A stretch of 64,000 bases of DNA from an uncultured Eubacteriales bacterium (GCA_900551855.1 URXM01000006.1:3185-67184); one strand, 5' to 3'; shown: positions 29,352 through 39,761, counted from the first letter of the stretch. Notes: a model not told the origin generated them from the sequence alone. Translations and numbers: made by a program.

Positions 29352-29590
29352 TCCTTTTGTTCTTGCATTTGAAAACAAAAAAATCGTTCTCAAAAACAAG
29401 ATTAACTTGAATTTAAGGACGATTTAACAACCGTGGTTCCACCTTAATTGCACACAAATGTGTGCCACTCTTTTTAAGTGTGTATCTTCAAACATAAAAG
29501 TGGTTTCATTTTTGATATGCTAAGATTTTTCACCAACCAATCTTTCTCTGAGCGCAAGTTTTCAAAAACTACTTGTCTTTTACTAAATAC
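29352..29590 (-). promoter_or_regulatory. T-box riboswitch leader of thrS (candidate ACC Thr specifier)
   Basis: The minus strand reads AATTAAGGTGGAACCACGGTTG (29428..29449), matching the T-box consensus AAnnnGGGTGGtACCgCG. It is preceded by the stem III hairpin GCACACA-TTT-GTGTGC. A long terminator helix (AAATCGTCC...GAACGATTT) with a T-run follows. The stem I region has AGAGA and GGTGAAA, and GAA-ACC-A sits in the expected specifier position (ggt at 29502..29504 on the plus strand). Confidence 0.85.
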
Positions 29591-29596
29591 GCAAAC

Positions 29597-29626
29597 ATTA
29601 TACACCACATCAATTTTAAATGTCAA
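29597..29626 (-). promoter_or_regulatory. sigma-A type promoter of the thrS leader
   Basis: The minus strand has TTGACA (29626..29621), an 18-nt spacer and TATAAT (29602..29597). Confidence 0.7.
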
Positions 29627-29758
29627 GAAATTTGCAAAAATTTTCATTCGACAAAAACGGACAAAATAGGAAAAATTCTCACCGAAAACAATCTTGACAC
29701 AGAAACAGCAGATGCTATAATAGACTTCGCTTTTATCACAACAAAAAGGAGAAAAAAT

Positions 29759-30061
29759 ATGATAAACAAAAACAGCACAGCAAAAGTAGAATTGGAAGAT
29801 TATGTTTTGCCAGAAGAAAAACCAACAATCGTAAAGAATAAAGAAGAAAACAAGCAAACCGACAATGATTTGTCTATGACAATCAGTTCTTTAAAAATTC
29901 TTGCCACACAAAACAACACCGACCTTTTGAGTTTGATTTTAAATCAAAATTCTGAAAGAATCATTTCTCATCTTGAAGAAAAAGGAAACACACAATTTGC
30001 AAACTTCCTTAAAAACTTCATAAAGATAGATCAAAAAACAACTCCAATTCGAGAATTATAA
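29759..30061 (+). CDS. hypothetical protein (100 aa)
   Basis: The ATG at 29759 is preceded by AAAGGAGA. The longer track ORF from 29573 would overlap the thrS promoter and leader. Confidence 0.5.
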   Translation: MINKNSTAKVELEDYVLPEEKPTIVKNKEENKQTDNDLSMTISSLKILATQNNTDLLSLILNQNSERIISHLEEKGNTQFANFLKNFIKIDQKTTPIREL

Positions 30062-30140
30062 AAATTTGCTAAAAAATAAAAGATAATGAATTTAATTTCA
30101 CTATCTTTTTTTATTGTATATAATATTTTTTACTTATTTT

Positions 30141-30917
30141 CTATTTCAAAACTGAAAATTTGTCAATTTTTTGCATATTTTTGTTGTAGCAAACATTTAC
30201 TCTCTCTTCAAAAATTCTGCTCAAAAATCCAGCAGTGTTGTCATCACTTCGACAAAACAAATTTATTTTTTTAGGGCAAAGTTCTATCAAAGATGAAACA
30301 AGCCCCTCCTTCGACAAACTTTCATAAGCACAATCATCTTGAGAATTTTGTGGAGTAATGAAATAACCATTGTCATCTTCAAAAACATTGATTTCTTCTT
30401 CACAAACTTCCAAATTGTCTATCAAAAATTTCAACAAATCAAAAAACGCTTCATTGCTGACAAGATAATCGCTATTTTCATTTGCAAGCGAAATAAGTTC
30501 TGCCCATTTTTCTCTCAATGCTTTAAGTTTGAAAAAATAAAACGAGTCCAAATGCAAATTCTTGTCCAAAACCAAGTTTTTGCTAATAATATAAAAATCG
30601 GTTTCTTTGTCAAAATTTATCAACGCTTTCTTAAAAGCCATCAAACTCATCTTTTCGTGCAACGGCAATCTCAAATTTTCCGTCAAAAATCTGTCTTTAT
30701 AAAAATTGCTTACAACTTTTATCACACATCTTTCGATGATGGCTCTTATTCTTGTTTTTTCATTTTCTGGACAACCTATCAAAATGTAAAAGTTGTCAAA
30801 CTCTTCATAACAAGTCACAACAGCACCAAATTCTGCTGTTTGTGCTTTTAATGTTTGATAGATAAATTTTGCTATTTCAACATTTTTAGAGCTGACAGAA
30901 ATAGAAAGTTCCCACAT
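30141..30917 (-). CDS. ytxC: YtxC-like putative sporulation protein
   Basis: 258 aa. The position next to thrS mirrors the ytxC-thrS neighbourhood of Bacillus subtilis. The N-terminus MWELSISVSSKNVEIAKFIY...FYILIGCPE resembles the family. This is recognition from memory, not a search. Confidence 0.5.
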   Translation of the reverse strand: MWELSISVSSKNVEIAKFIYQTLKAQTAEFGAVVTCYEEFDNFYILIGCPENEKTRIRAIIERCVIKVVSNFYKDRFLTENLRLPLHEKMSLMAFKKALINFDKETDFYIISKNLVLDKNLHLDSFYFFKLKALREKWAELISLANENSDYLVSNEAFFDLLKFLIDNLEVCEEEINVFEDDNGYFITPQNSQDDCAYESLSKEGLVSSLIELCPKKINLFCRSDDNTAGFLSRIFEERVNVCYNKNMQKIDKFSVLK

Positions 30918-31058
30918 AAAAACTCCTTACAAAAGATATTTTATGCAAGGACTTTAAAAATACTCAAAATTTTGTTTTTATTTTGTAAATATTCTTTTTT
31001 ATTTGACTTTTAAATAAAATTTTAAGATAATTGAATTACAAAAGGAATAAGATAAAGT

Positions 31059-31880
31059 ATGAAGAAAAAATTGCCACTTTTATTGCTAATAATATTTGTG
31101 ATACCAATTTTTGCATTGTTTGGATGCAAAGATGTTTCTTCTTATGGAGTGGTTGTTTATTCAAGTGCTGGTATGTATGGTGCAGTTACTGGAAACGGAA
31201 CTTACAAAGAAGGCTCAACCGTAACTCTTACAGCCACAACAAAACAAGGAAGCAGTTTTATATGCTGGGTATATCAAAATTCCACCCAACTTGAAAATGG
31301 TAGTGTATATAAAATTGACAACACAACAAACAGCGCCGAAAAGATTGAAAAAAGCACATTGACATTTGCAGCAAGTTCAACAACACAAGGTGCTTACACT
31401 GCAGTTTTCAGTGACAATAAAATGATGTACACAAAACTTTCATCTTTGCGTATAACATCTACCCCTGATGCTGATGGCGAAGAAGACAATTTGGAAAAAG
31501 ATCCAATAATGACCGCGACAATTTCAATTTTGCAAGGCAATTCTTCAACAAACCTTTCAAGTGTTTACCAAATTGAAAACGCAGAAATAAAAGATAATGT
31601 AAACATTGTTCCAGAAAACATAACAGAAGTTTTAAAACTCGAAACAAATCAAACAAAACATATAAGAGCAAACGCACAATTTGTTTATAATGAAAGAACA
31701 ATCAGCATAACATTTAGAGCAGACATAAATTTCCAAACCAGCACAGATTGGATAAGCGGAAACAATTACAAATACAAAATTCAATATGCTGACGGAAATT
31801 ACAAAATCATCTTCCAATTCCAAGTTGCCACAGATCTAGCATACAATTTGGTTTTAAATTACGCAGCATTGGTTGCTTAA
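31059..31880 (+). CDS. hypothetical lipoprotein with an N-terminal InlB-B-repeat-like module
   Basis: Signal peptide plus lipobox MKKKLPLLLLIIFVIPIFALFGC, followed by GTYKEGSTVTLTATTKQGSSFICWVY. Confidence 0.7.
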   Translation: MKKKLPLLLLIIFVIPIFALFGCKDVSSYGVVVYSSAGMYGAVTGNGTYKEGSTVTLTATTKQGSSFICWVYQNSTQLENGSVYKIDNTTNSAEKIEKSTLTFAASSTTQGAYTAVFSDNKMMYTKLSSLRITSTPDADGEEDNLEKDPIMTATISILQGNSSTNLSSVYQIENAEIKDNVNIVPENITEVLKLETNQTKHIRANAQFVYNERTISITFRADINFQTSTDWISGNNYKYKIQYADGNYKIIFQFQVATDLAYNLVLNYAALVA

Positions 31881-31895
31881 ATTAAAAGACAATAA

Positions 31896-31931
31896 AAAAG
31901 TTCTATAGCAATTATAGAACTTTTATTTTTT
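31896..31931. terminator. bidirectional rho-independent terminator
   Basis: Hairpin aaaagttctata-gcaat-tatagaactttt with a 12-bp perfect stem and a T-run. Confidence 0.75.
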
Positions 31932-31938
31932 ATCAATC

Positions 31939-32343
31939 TTATTTTGATTTTGTTTTGGAAACATTTTTCACAAACTCAACAATAAGGTCAGCAGTCTTTT
32001 CTTCTCCAATAGAACTGTCAACACACAAATCATAGTTGTTTGCATCACCAAATTCTTTTGAAGTTATGCTCTTATAATAATTTGCTCTTGATTTGTCAGA
32101 TCTTTGAATGTTTTGCAAAGCTGTTTGCTCATCATCACCATACATTTCTTGAACCTTTTTGATTCTGTAATCCATTGGAGCATAAACAAACACGCTTACC
32201 AAATTTTTGTTGTCTCTCAAAACATAGTCAGACGCTCTTCCCACAATGACACAACTTCCCTTTGAAGCGATGTCTTTAATGACCTTTTCTTGTGCGTTTA
32301 TAGCAATTTGAGCAACATCTGTAGAAAGATATAAATCATACAA
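31939..32343 (-). pseudogene. N-terminally truncated cytidylate-kinase-like family gene (P-loop part missing)
   Basis: The C-terminal two thirds of the family are present (GSCVIVGRASDYVLRD...SDKSRANYY...FGDANNYDLCVDSS). The frame opens at a TGA only 54 nt upstream of the TTG start, and that stretch holds no ATG. truA ends 38 nt upstream, leaving no room for the ~70-aa P-loop N-terminus. Confidence 0.55.
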
Positions 32344-32381
32344 AGCAGATTCTGATTTTTTTGAAAATTTTTTATTTTTTT

Positions 32382-33119
32382 CTAAACATATTCAACATTT
32401 TTTAGGTATAAACCACATGCCGGCATAGTCTGTCCAGAGTTGTTTCTGTTGCCAGTTTCCAAGGCATTTTTCACCCTTTCAACAGACAATTTTCCGCGTC
32501 CCACATCAAGCAAAGTCCCTACAATAATTCTTACCATATTGTATAAAAAACCGTTTCCGCACACCAAAAAAGTGTACATTCTGTTTTTTTTGTTGATTTT
32601 TAAATCATAAATTTCTCTTTCAAAATTTGTCACACTTGCATCAGAATTGCAAAAGCCTTTGAAGTTGTGTTTGCCAATCAAAAGTTTTGCCACTTCTCTC
32701 ATTTTTTCAATGTCAACTTTATATGGATAGTAAGCAATCAAAGAATTGTTTATAGCACCTCGTTCGCCTCCCACACAAACAATATATTTGTAAGTTTTTC
32801 TCTTTGCAGAGAACCTTGCCTGAAAGTTTTGATCAACTTCCTCAACCTTTTTTATGAAGATATCTTTTGGTAGCAAATCGTTCAACGCAATCTTAAAATT
32901 TTTAGTTGGCATAATGTTTGAAGTTTGAACACTTGCAACTTGTCCAAGAGCATGAACCCCTTTGTCAGTCCTTCCACTTCCTTCAACAGAAACATTCTCC
33001 CCTGTAAGTGTCAAAAACGCTTTTTCAATTTCCTCTTGCACCGTCCTGCAATTTTTCTGTTTTTGCCAGCCAAAGAATTCGGCACCATTATATTCAATTG
33101 TAAGTTTCAAATTTCTCAT
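32382..33119 (-). CDS. truA: tRNA pseudouridine(38-40) synthase TruA
   Basis: N-terminus MRNLKLTIEYNGAEFFGWQKQ, with the catalytic Asp in GSGRTDKGVHALGQVAS. Confidence 0.9.
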   Translation of the reverse strand: MRNLKLTIEYNGAEFFGWQKQKNCRTVQEEIEKAFLTLTGENVSVEGSGRTDKGVHALGQVASVQTSNIMPTKNFKIALNDLLPKDIFIKKVEEVDQNFQARFSAKRKTYKYIVCVGGERGAINNSLIAYYPYKVDIEKMREVAKLLIGKHNFKGFCNSDASVTNFEREIYDLKINKKNRMYTFLVCGNGFLYNMVRIIVGTLLDVGRGKLSVERVKNALETGNRNNSGQTMPACGLYLKNVEYV

Positions 33120-33261
33120 ATTTATATTTTACTAAAAATATATTTAATAATCAAATAAATAAGCAAAATAAATTTGACTAAAAATCTTAAAAGATTTAAA
33201 CTAAAATTGTCTTAAGAATATTTTTCTTGAATCAACAAAATTAAATACAAAGGAGTTATAT

Positions 33262-36200
33262 ATGAAAAAAGTTGTAGATGGAAACACCGCCACAGCGATG
33301 GTGGCATACAAACTGTCAGAGGTAATTCCAATTTATCCTATCACCCCATCATCTCCAATGGCAGAATACTGTGATGGACAAGTTTCAAGCGGTAAGAAAA
33401 ACATTTTTGGAGAACTTCCTACACTTATCGAAATGCAGGCAGAAAGTGGTGTTGCTGGGACTTTGCACGGAAGCCTTTGCGCTGGTGCAATGACAACAAC
33501 TTTTACATCAAGTCAAGGACTTCTTTTGATGATACCAAATCTTTATAAACTTGCCGGAGAACACTTGCCTTGTGTAATCCATGTTGCAGCAAGAGCATTG
33601 GCTACTCATGCTCTCTCAATCTTTGGTGATCACAGCGATGTTATGGCAACAAGACAAACTGGTTGCATTCTCTTGTCTTCTGCATCTGTTCAACAAGCAC
33701 ACGACTTTGCACTCATTGCACATGTGCTTGCATATAAAACTTCTTTGCCAGTTATACACTTCTTTGATGGATTTAGAACATCTCACGAAATTCAAAAAAT
33801 AGACGCAGTAAGTGATGATGTCATAAATGCAATGCTCCCAGAAGAAGAAATCAAAAAATTTAGAGCAGGTAGAATGACTCCTGATGCTCCTTATCAAAAA
33901 GGAACAGCACAAAACCCTGATGTATTCTTCCAAAACAGAGAGGCATCTTCCCCTGCCTATGTAAATGTTTACAAAACTTTGAAAGAAATTTTAAAACAAT
34001 TTGCTTCACTCACAGGACGCAAATATTCTCCTTTTGACCTTATCGGAACAAAGAAGCCTAAAAATGTCATCGTAAGCATGGGCTCTTCTTGTGAAACGAT
34101 TGAAGAAGTACTTGAAAGCGACAAAAAACTTTCCAAAGATGTCGCACTTATAAATTTGCATTTGTATCGTCCTTTTGACTATAAAGAGTTCTCAAAATTC
34201 TTGCCTGACACAGTTGAAAAGATAATCGTTCTTGACAGAACAAAAGAATGTGGAGCAAGAGAACCTCTTTATCTTGATGTAGTCACAGCATTAAAAGACA
34301 GACCAAACATCAAAATTGTTGGTGGAAGATACGGACTTGGCGGAAAAGAATTTACTCCTGCAATGGTCAAAGCAGTGATCGAAAATTTTGAAACAATGAA
34401 AGACAACTTTACAGTTGGCATCACAGATGATGTTTCAAATTCTTCTTTGCCACTTGAAACATATCATTCAAATATCAAAACTTTCCAAATGAAATTCTTT
34501 GGCTTAGGCTCTGACGGAACAGTGTCTGCAAGCAAGAGCACAATCAAAATTTTGGGAGACGAACTTGACAAATATGTTCAAGGCTATTTTGAATATGACA
34601 GCAAGAAGAGTGGAAGTTTGACTCGCTCCCATGTCAGAGTAAGCGACAAGCCAATCAAAAGCACTTACCTTGTTCAAAATGCCGACATCATAACAATAAG
34701 CAACTTCTCATTTGTTCATAAATACAACTGTCTTGAAGGATTGAAGGAAAAAGGAAAGGTACTTATCAACACAGTTTTCAAAGCAGATGAAGTTGACAAA
34801 GTCTTGCCTGATATCTACAAAAAGATTTTGCAAGATAAAAGAGCAACTTTGTATGTTATCGACGCTCAAAAAATTGCTGAAAGTGTTGGTCTTGGAAACA
34901 AAATCAATATGGTAATGCAAACAGCACTTTTCAAGACTTCTCAAATTATACCTTTTGCAGATGCCAAAGAACAAATTCAAAAATATATCAAAAAGACATT
35001 CTCTAAAAAAGGTCAAAAAGTTGTTAACAAAAACTTGAAAGCCGTTGAACTTTCAGAAAACGGAATTGAGAAAGTTGATATAAGCAAGTTTACATTTAAA
35101 GGTATAAATTTGGAAGAGAAGAACCTTTCAGACAAATTCTACCAAACAATAATGAAACCAATTGAAAAACTTGAAGGAGACAACCTCCCTGTTTCTGTTT
35201 TTGACAAAGCAGGAGTCATTCCATCAGGGACAGCAGAGTTTGAAAAAAGAGGTATTGCTGCTCATTTGCCTTTGTGGATACCTAAAAATTGTATTCAATG
35301 CGGTCAATGCATAATCTCATGTCCACACAATGCTATTCGCCCAGTTTTGGTTAAAGGCGAAACACCAGAAGAAATTGAATTTGCAAATGCTTATGGTATG
35401 AATGGATACTATTATCGCATTCAAGTAAGTCCAGAAGATTGCACTGGCTGTGGTGTTTGTGCAAATGTTTGCCCTGCAAAAGACAAAGCGCTTGTTATGA
35501 AAATGGCAAACGAAAATTTGGAAAAAGAAAAGAAAAATTACGAAATTTTGAAGACTGTAAAAACAGAAAAAGAAACACCTTTCTCAACAGACTTGCCAAA
35601 AGGTTTGCAGTTTAAAGATTGTTATTTCGGTTTCTCTGGTGCATGTGGTGGTTGTGGTGAAACTCCATACATCAAACTTGCAACAACCCTCTTTGGAAAA
35701 GAAATGGTCATTGCAAACGCAACAGGATGCTCAAGCATTTATGGTGGTTCTTATCCATCTTGCCCTTATCTTAAAGATGAAGAAGGCAAAGGTCCAGCGT
35801 GGGCAAATTCCCTTTTTGAAGACAACGCAGAATTTGGTCTTGGAATAAAACTTGGAAGCAAATACGGTGCAAAAGAAAAACAAAGTGTTTGGATTATTGG
35901 TGGAGATGGCTGGGCTTATGACATCGGCTATGGCGGTCTTGATCATGTTTTGAACGGAAAAGAAAATGTCAACATTTTAGTTCTTGACACAGAAGTTTAC
36001 TCAAACACAGGTGGACAAGCATCAAAAGCCACCCCAAGAGGTGCAATGGTTAAGTTTGCAAACTCTGGAAAACAGACCAAGAAGAAAGACTTGGTTGCAC
36101 TTGCTATCGCTTCAAAAAATTGCTATGTTGCACAGGTGAGCCTTGGAGCAAACATGAATCAATGTATCAAAGCTTTCAAAGAAGCAGAGCAATTTGACGG

Positions 36201-36519
36201 CCCAAGTTTGATAGTCGCCTACGCCCCATGTATCAATCACGGATTTGATATGTCTCAATCAAGTGCAGAAATGAAAAAAGCTGTTGAATGTGGTTATTGG
36301 TCACTTTTGAGATACAACCCAAAGACAAACAACTTGTCAATCGACAGCACAAGCGACTTTGATAAGTATGAAGATTATCTCAACGGTGAAACTCGTTTCA
36401 GCGCAATCAAAGAACTCAAAGGTGAAGAGGCTGAAAAGCTTTTAAATGAGAGCAAACAAGACGCAGAAGAGAGATTGGAAACAATCAAGAAATTCATAAA
36501 AGACGATCAAAATGCGTAA
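33262..36519 (+). CDS. nifJ: pyruvate:ferredoxin (flavodoxin) oxidoreductase
   Basis: N-terminus VDGNTATAMVAYKLSEVIPIYPITPSSPMAE. It has two ferredoxin motifs (CIQCGQCIISCP and CTGCGVCANVCP) and the TPP motif GGDGWAYDIGYGGLDH. Confidence 0.92.
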   Translation: MKKVVDGNTATAMVAYKLSEVIPIYPITPSSPMAEYCDGQVSSGKKNIFGELPTLIEMQAESGVAGTLHGSLCAGAMTTTFTSSQGLLLMIPNLYKLAGEHLPCVIHVAARALATHALSIFGDHSDVMATRQTGCILLSSASVQQAHDFALIAHVLAYKTSLPVIHFFDGFRTSHEIQKIDAVSDDVINAMLPEEEIKKFRAGRMTPDAPYQKGTAQNPDVFFQNREASSPAYVNVYKTLKEILKQFASLTGRKYSPFDLIGTKKPKNVIVSMGSSCETIEEVLESDKKLSKDVALINLHLYRPFDYKEFSKFLPDTVEKIIVLDRTKECGAREPLYLDVVTALKDRPNIKIVGGRYGLGGKEFTPAMVKAVIENFETMKDNFTVGITDDVSNSSLPLETYHSNIKTFQMKFFGLGSDGTVSASKSTIKILGDELDKYVQGYFEYDSKKSGSLTRSHVRVSDKPIKSTYLVQNADIITISNFSFVHKYNCLEGLKEKGKVLINTVFKADEVDKVLPDIYKKILQDKRATLYVIDAQKIAESVGLGNKINMVMQTALFKTSQIIPFADAKEQIQKYIKKTFSKKGQKVVNKNLKAVELSENGIEKVDISKFTFKGINLEEKNLSDKFYQTIMKPIEKLEGDNLPVSVFDKAGVIPSGTAEFEKRGIAAHLPLWIPKNCIQCGQCIISCPHNAIRPVLVKGETPEEIEFANAYGMNGYYYRIQVSPEDCTGCGVCANVCPAKDKALVMKMANENLEKEKKNYEILKTVKTEKETPFSTDLPKGLQFKDCYFGFSGACGGCGETPYIKLATTLFGKEMVIANATGCSSIYGGSYPSCPYLKDEEGKGPAWANSLFEDNAEFGLGIKLGSKYGAKEKQSVWIIGGDGWAYDIGYGGLDHVLNGKENVNILVLDTEVYSNTGGQASKATPRGAMVKFANSGKQTKKKDLVALAIASKNCYVAQVSLGANMNQCIKAFKEAEQFDGPSLIVAYAPCINHGFDMSQSSAEMKKAVECGYWSLLRYNPKTNNLSIDSTSDFDKYEDYLNGETRFSAIKELKGEEAEKLLNESKQDAEERLETIKKFIKDDQNA

Positions 36520-36594
36520 AATAAATTTGACAAAAGAAGATAAATATTTTAAAATAACTAAATAAAATAAATTTTTTCGTAAAGGTTAAAAAAT

Positions 36595-37323
36595 ATGGAT
36601 TTATTCAAAACTTGGCTGGTGGAAACACCTATAGCCCATAGAGGTTATCACGACAAAAATATACCAGAAAATTCTTTGGCTGCTTTTTCTAAAGCAATAG
36701 AAAAAGGCTATGCAATAGAACTTGATGTTCAACTTTTAGCAGACGGAACTGTTGTAGTTTTTCACGATGATTCTTTGTCAAGAATGACAGGAAATGATGG
36801 ATACATCAAATACTTAAACAAAGAAGATTTAAAAGTTTTGAAGCTTAAAGGCACAAAAGAGTATATCCCAACTTTTGAAGAAGTTTTAAAACTTGTAGAT
36901 GGAAAAGTACCAATTTTGATTGAAATAAAAAATCAATACAAGGTCGGAAGTTTAGAGCAAAAAGTGATTGATATGTTGAAAGATTATGAAGGAGAATATG
37001 CCGTTCAATCTTTCAATCCTTTCACACTTGGATATCTCAAAAAACATGCTCCAAACATTTTGAGAGGTCAACTTTCTGGAAGTTTCAAAAAAAGCAATTT
37101 GTCTTGGATAAAAAGAGTTTTGCTTAAAAAGATGAGATTCAACAAAAAAGTAAGTCAACCTGATTTCATCTCTTATGAAGCATCTGCTCTTCCAAACAGA
37201 TTTGTCAAAAAGTATAAAAACCTTCCTCTCCTTGCTTGGACAGTAAGAAGCAAAGAAGAATATCTCAAAGTTATCAAATATTGTGATAACATAATCTTCG
37301 AAAAATTTGATCCGGAAATTTAA
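36595..37323 (+). CDS. glycerophosphodiester phosphodiesterase family protein
   Basis: Contains IAHRGYHDKNIPENSLAAF and IELDVQLLADGTVVVFHDDSL. Confidence 0.85.
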   Translation: MDLFKTWLVETPIAHRGYHDKNIPENSLAAFSKAIEKGYAIELDVQLLADGTVVVFHDDSLSRMTGNDGYIKYLNKEDLKVLKLKGTKEYIPTFEEVLKLVDGKVPILIEIKNQYKVGSLEQKVIDMLKDYEGEYAVQSFNPFTLGYLKKHAPNILRGQLSGSFKKSNLSWIKRVLLKKMRFNKKVSQPDFISYEASALPNRFVKKYKNLPLLAWTVRSKEEYLKVIKYCDNIIFEKFDPEI

Positions 37324-37338
37324 CAAAAAAATTTAAAA

Positions 37339-37368
37339 CAAAAAACACCAATTAAGGTGTTTTTTTGT
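37339..37368. terminator. bidirectional terminator between the GDPD gene and glmS
   Basis: Hairpin aaaaacacc-aattaa-ggtgttttt followed by a T-run. Confidence 0.65.
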
Positions 37369-37394
37369 TGCAAAACTTAAAAGTCACATTTTTG

Positions 37395-39146
37395 TTATTC
37401 CACAGTGACAGACTTTGCAAGATTTCTTGGTTTGTCTGGATTATATCCCAATTTAACGGCATAATGAAAAGCCATAAGTTGCAGAGCAACAATGCTGACA
37501 ATTGGCATAAAAAATTCTTCAAAACTTGGCACTTGCAAAAACATATCAACCTCAACGGAATGTTGAAAATTGGAAATAAGCAAAATTTTCCCTCCCCTTG
37601 CCTTGACTTCTTGAATGTTGCTTTCTATTTTTTCTTTTAAACTTTTTTGCGTTGAAACGACAATGACAAGCGAATTTTCATCAATCAGTGCCAAAGTCCC
37701 GTGTTTAAGTTCTCCACCAGCCAAACCTATGCAATTTATATAAGCAATTTCTTTCATCTTAAGTGCACCCTCAAGACTTGCAACATAGTCTTGCTCTCTG
37801 CCAATATAGAAGATGTTTTTAAACTTATAAACAAAATTTAAAACTTCTTCATTTAACTCTTGAATATCAAACGATAAAACAAATTTTTTTAGATTCTCCT
37901 GTAAGCTCAAATTCCCTGACATCTTTATTGCAAAAATCAACAGCGTAAAAACTTGTGCCACATAAGCCTTGGTTGAAGCGACTGCCACTTCTTTCCCTGC
38001 AAAAGTCGGCAAAACCACATCTGCCAATTTATTTAAAGAGCAGTAAGGGACATTTGTGACGCACATTGTATCCAATCCCTTTTCTTTTACCAAATTTGCA
38101 CACGCAATAGTGTCTGCAGTTTCTCCACTTTGACTGACAAAAACATAAAGACAATTTTTACTTAAAATGTTGTTGTCATAACGAAACTCACTTGCAATGG
38201 AAACTTTGCAATCTTTATGGCAAAATTGTTGTATATATCTTGCCCCCATAAGACCACTGTGATAAGCCGTTCCACAAGCAATAAAATGAAAACTTTTATA
38301 TTTCTTCAATTTTTCGAAATCAATATTGGAACAAACATCTTCTGACATATACTTAAAATAAGTTTTTTTCAAAACAACAGACTGCTCTTTTATCTCTTTC
38401 AACATAAAAAATTTTTCATTAAGGTTCTCTTCACAAAATTCAAAATCATTTATAAAAATAGGTTCTTTCTTAATTTTTTCGCCGTTTTTATTGTAAAAAA
38501 CAATATTCTTCCCAGTCATTACAGCAAATTCATCATCTTCCAGAATAAAACATTTTTCAAACTTATTGACAAAAACAGACAAATCACTTGATGCCATACA
38601 AGATTTGCCATCACACGCCACCATAAGAGGACTTTTTCTCTTGGCTACAAAAATCTTGTTGCTGTTTTTGTTTATTAGCGCAACCGCATAGCTTCCTTTA
38701 ACCAATTTGCAAGCATCAATAAGTTTTTTGATAACTGTTCCTTTTTGTTTTGCTATCAAATTGACAAAAACTTCTGTGTCGGTCTGAGAATAAAATTTAA
38801 CTTCTTCCAAATATTTCTTTGCCAAATCTTCATAGTTTTCAATTATTCCATTATGCACCAAAGCAAACTCTTTATTCTCTGAAATGTGTGGATGAGCATT
38901 CGCTTCACTGACCACACCGTGAGTCGCCCATCTTGTATGTCCAATCACGATGTTTGAACTGTTTTTTTTATTTATTTTTTTCTCTAAATTTGCAATTTGC
39001 CCTACACTTTTTATCAGCTTGATTTGTTTATTTTCCAAAAAAGCGATTCCACTTGAATCATAACCTCTATATTCCAATTTTTTGAGTCCGTCAACAACAT
39101 TTGATATCTCGTTAACATTTCCTATTGCACTACAAATACCGCACAT
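37395..39146 (-). CDS. glmS: glutamine--fructose-6-phosphate aminotransferase
   Basis: The MCGI start at 39146 places the catalytic Cys at position 2 and has AGGAG upstream. The track start at 39164 adds 6 codons. SIS domains follow and the C-terminus is KSVTVE. Confidence 0.92.
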   Translation of the reverse strand: MCGICSAIGNVNEISNVVDGLKKLEYRGYDSSGIAFLENKQIKLIKSVGQIANLEKKINKKNSSNIVIGHTRWATHGVVSEANAHPHISENKEFALVHNGIIENYEDLAKKYLEEVKFYSQTDTEVFVNLIAKQKGTVIKKLIDACKLVKGSYAVALINKNSNKIFVAKRKSPLMVACDGKSCMASSDLSVFVNKFEKCFILEDDEFAVMTGKNIVFYNKNGEKIKKEPIFINDFEFCEENLNEKFFMLKEIKEQSVVLKKTYFKYMSEDVCSNIDFEKLKKYKSFHFIACGTAYHSGLMGARYIQQFCHKDCKVSIASEFRYDNNILSKNCLYVFVSQSGETADTIACANLVKEKGLDTMCVTNVPYCSLNKLADVVLPTFAGKEVAVASTKAYVAQVFTLLIFAIKMSGNLSLQENLKKFVLSFDIQELNEEVLNFVYKFKNIFYIGREQDYVASLEGALKMKEIAYINCIGLAGGELKHGTLALIDENSLVIVVSTQKSLKEKIESNIQEVKARGGKILLISNFQHSVEVDMFLQVPSFEEFFMPIVSIVALQLMAFHYAVKLGYNPDKPRNLAKSVTVE

Positions 39147-39204
39147 AAATTCTCCTAAACGCACAAGACAGTGCCTTTATCTTATATGCTCTGTTTGAAG
39201 CAAC

Positions 39205-39238
39205 AGTGAAAAAAAGATAGACATTTCGTCTATCTTTT
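39205..39238 (-). terminator. terminator after rsmD
   Basis: On the minus strand, AAAAGATAGAC-GAAAT-GTCTATCTTTT followed by TTT. It overlaps the rsmD stop codon. Confidence 0.65.
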
Positions 39239-39761
39239 ATCTCAAATAAGTCAATGTAATATTCCCATATTTTTTCTCATCAAAAACTTCAAAATTTTGA
39301 TAATCAAATGTGTCTTTGCTGTCGTGTTCACAAACGATTATTCCTTCATCAGCTAAAAGATCTTTTTCATAAATCTTGGCCAAGACTTTTTCATAAAGTC
39401 CGCTTTTGTATGGTGGATCAAGAATAATCAAGTCAAATTTTTCTTCGCACTTGTCCAAAAAAATAAGTGCATCACATTTGAAAACTTTGGTATCTATCCC
39501 CATATTTTTCAAATTGGCTTTTGTCATTTCAACGCTTCTGATATCTTTATCAACAAACACAACTTTCTCAGCGCCACGACTCAACGCTTCAATCCCCATT
39601 GCACCTGTTCCGCAAAACAGATCCAAAACATTTTTACCAGGCAAGAAAAATTGTAGTTTAACAAAAAGAGCCTGCCTAACTTTGTCCATTGTAGGTCTTA
39701 TATGGTCATATTTATTTTCAAGCAGTTTCCTGCCTTTAAATTTTCCAGAATCAATTCTCAT
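39237..39761 (-). CDS. rsmD: 16S rRNA (guanine966-N2)-methyltransferase RsmD
   Basis: MRIDSGKFKGRKL..., the SAM motif DLFCGTGAMGIEALSRGA, and DPPY. The start is ambiguous: ATG at 39761 or 39767, versus the TTG at 39803 used in the track. Confidence 0.8.
   Translation of the reverse strand: MRIDSGKFKGRKLLENKYDHIRPTMDKVRQALFVKLQFFLPGKNVLDLFCGTGAMGIEALSRGAEKVVFVDKDIRSVEMTKANLKNMGIDTKVFKCDALIFLDKCEEKFDLIILDPPYKSGLYEKVLAKIYEKDLLADEGIIVCEHDSKDTFDYQNFEVFDEKKYGNITLTYLR

Noticed and set aside
29474-29857. Track ORFs 29474..29857 (-) and the first 62 codons of 29573..30061 (+)
   Set aside because: They overlap the thrS promoter and T-box leader. The plus-strand gene has a much better start at 29759 with AAAGGAGA upstream.
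39147-39236. Looked for a glmS ribozyme upstream of glmS, as is usual in Firmicutes
   Set aside because: Only ~90 nt separate the glmS ATG from the rsmD stop. That stretch is taken up by the rsmD terminator hairpin and a short AT-rich spacer, leaving too little room for the ~170-nt ribozyme core. I see no conserved core segments.
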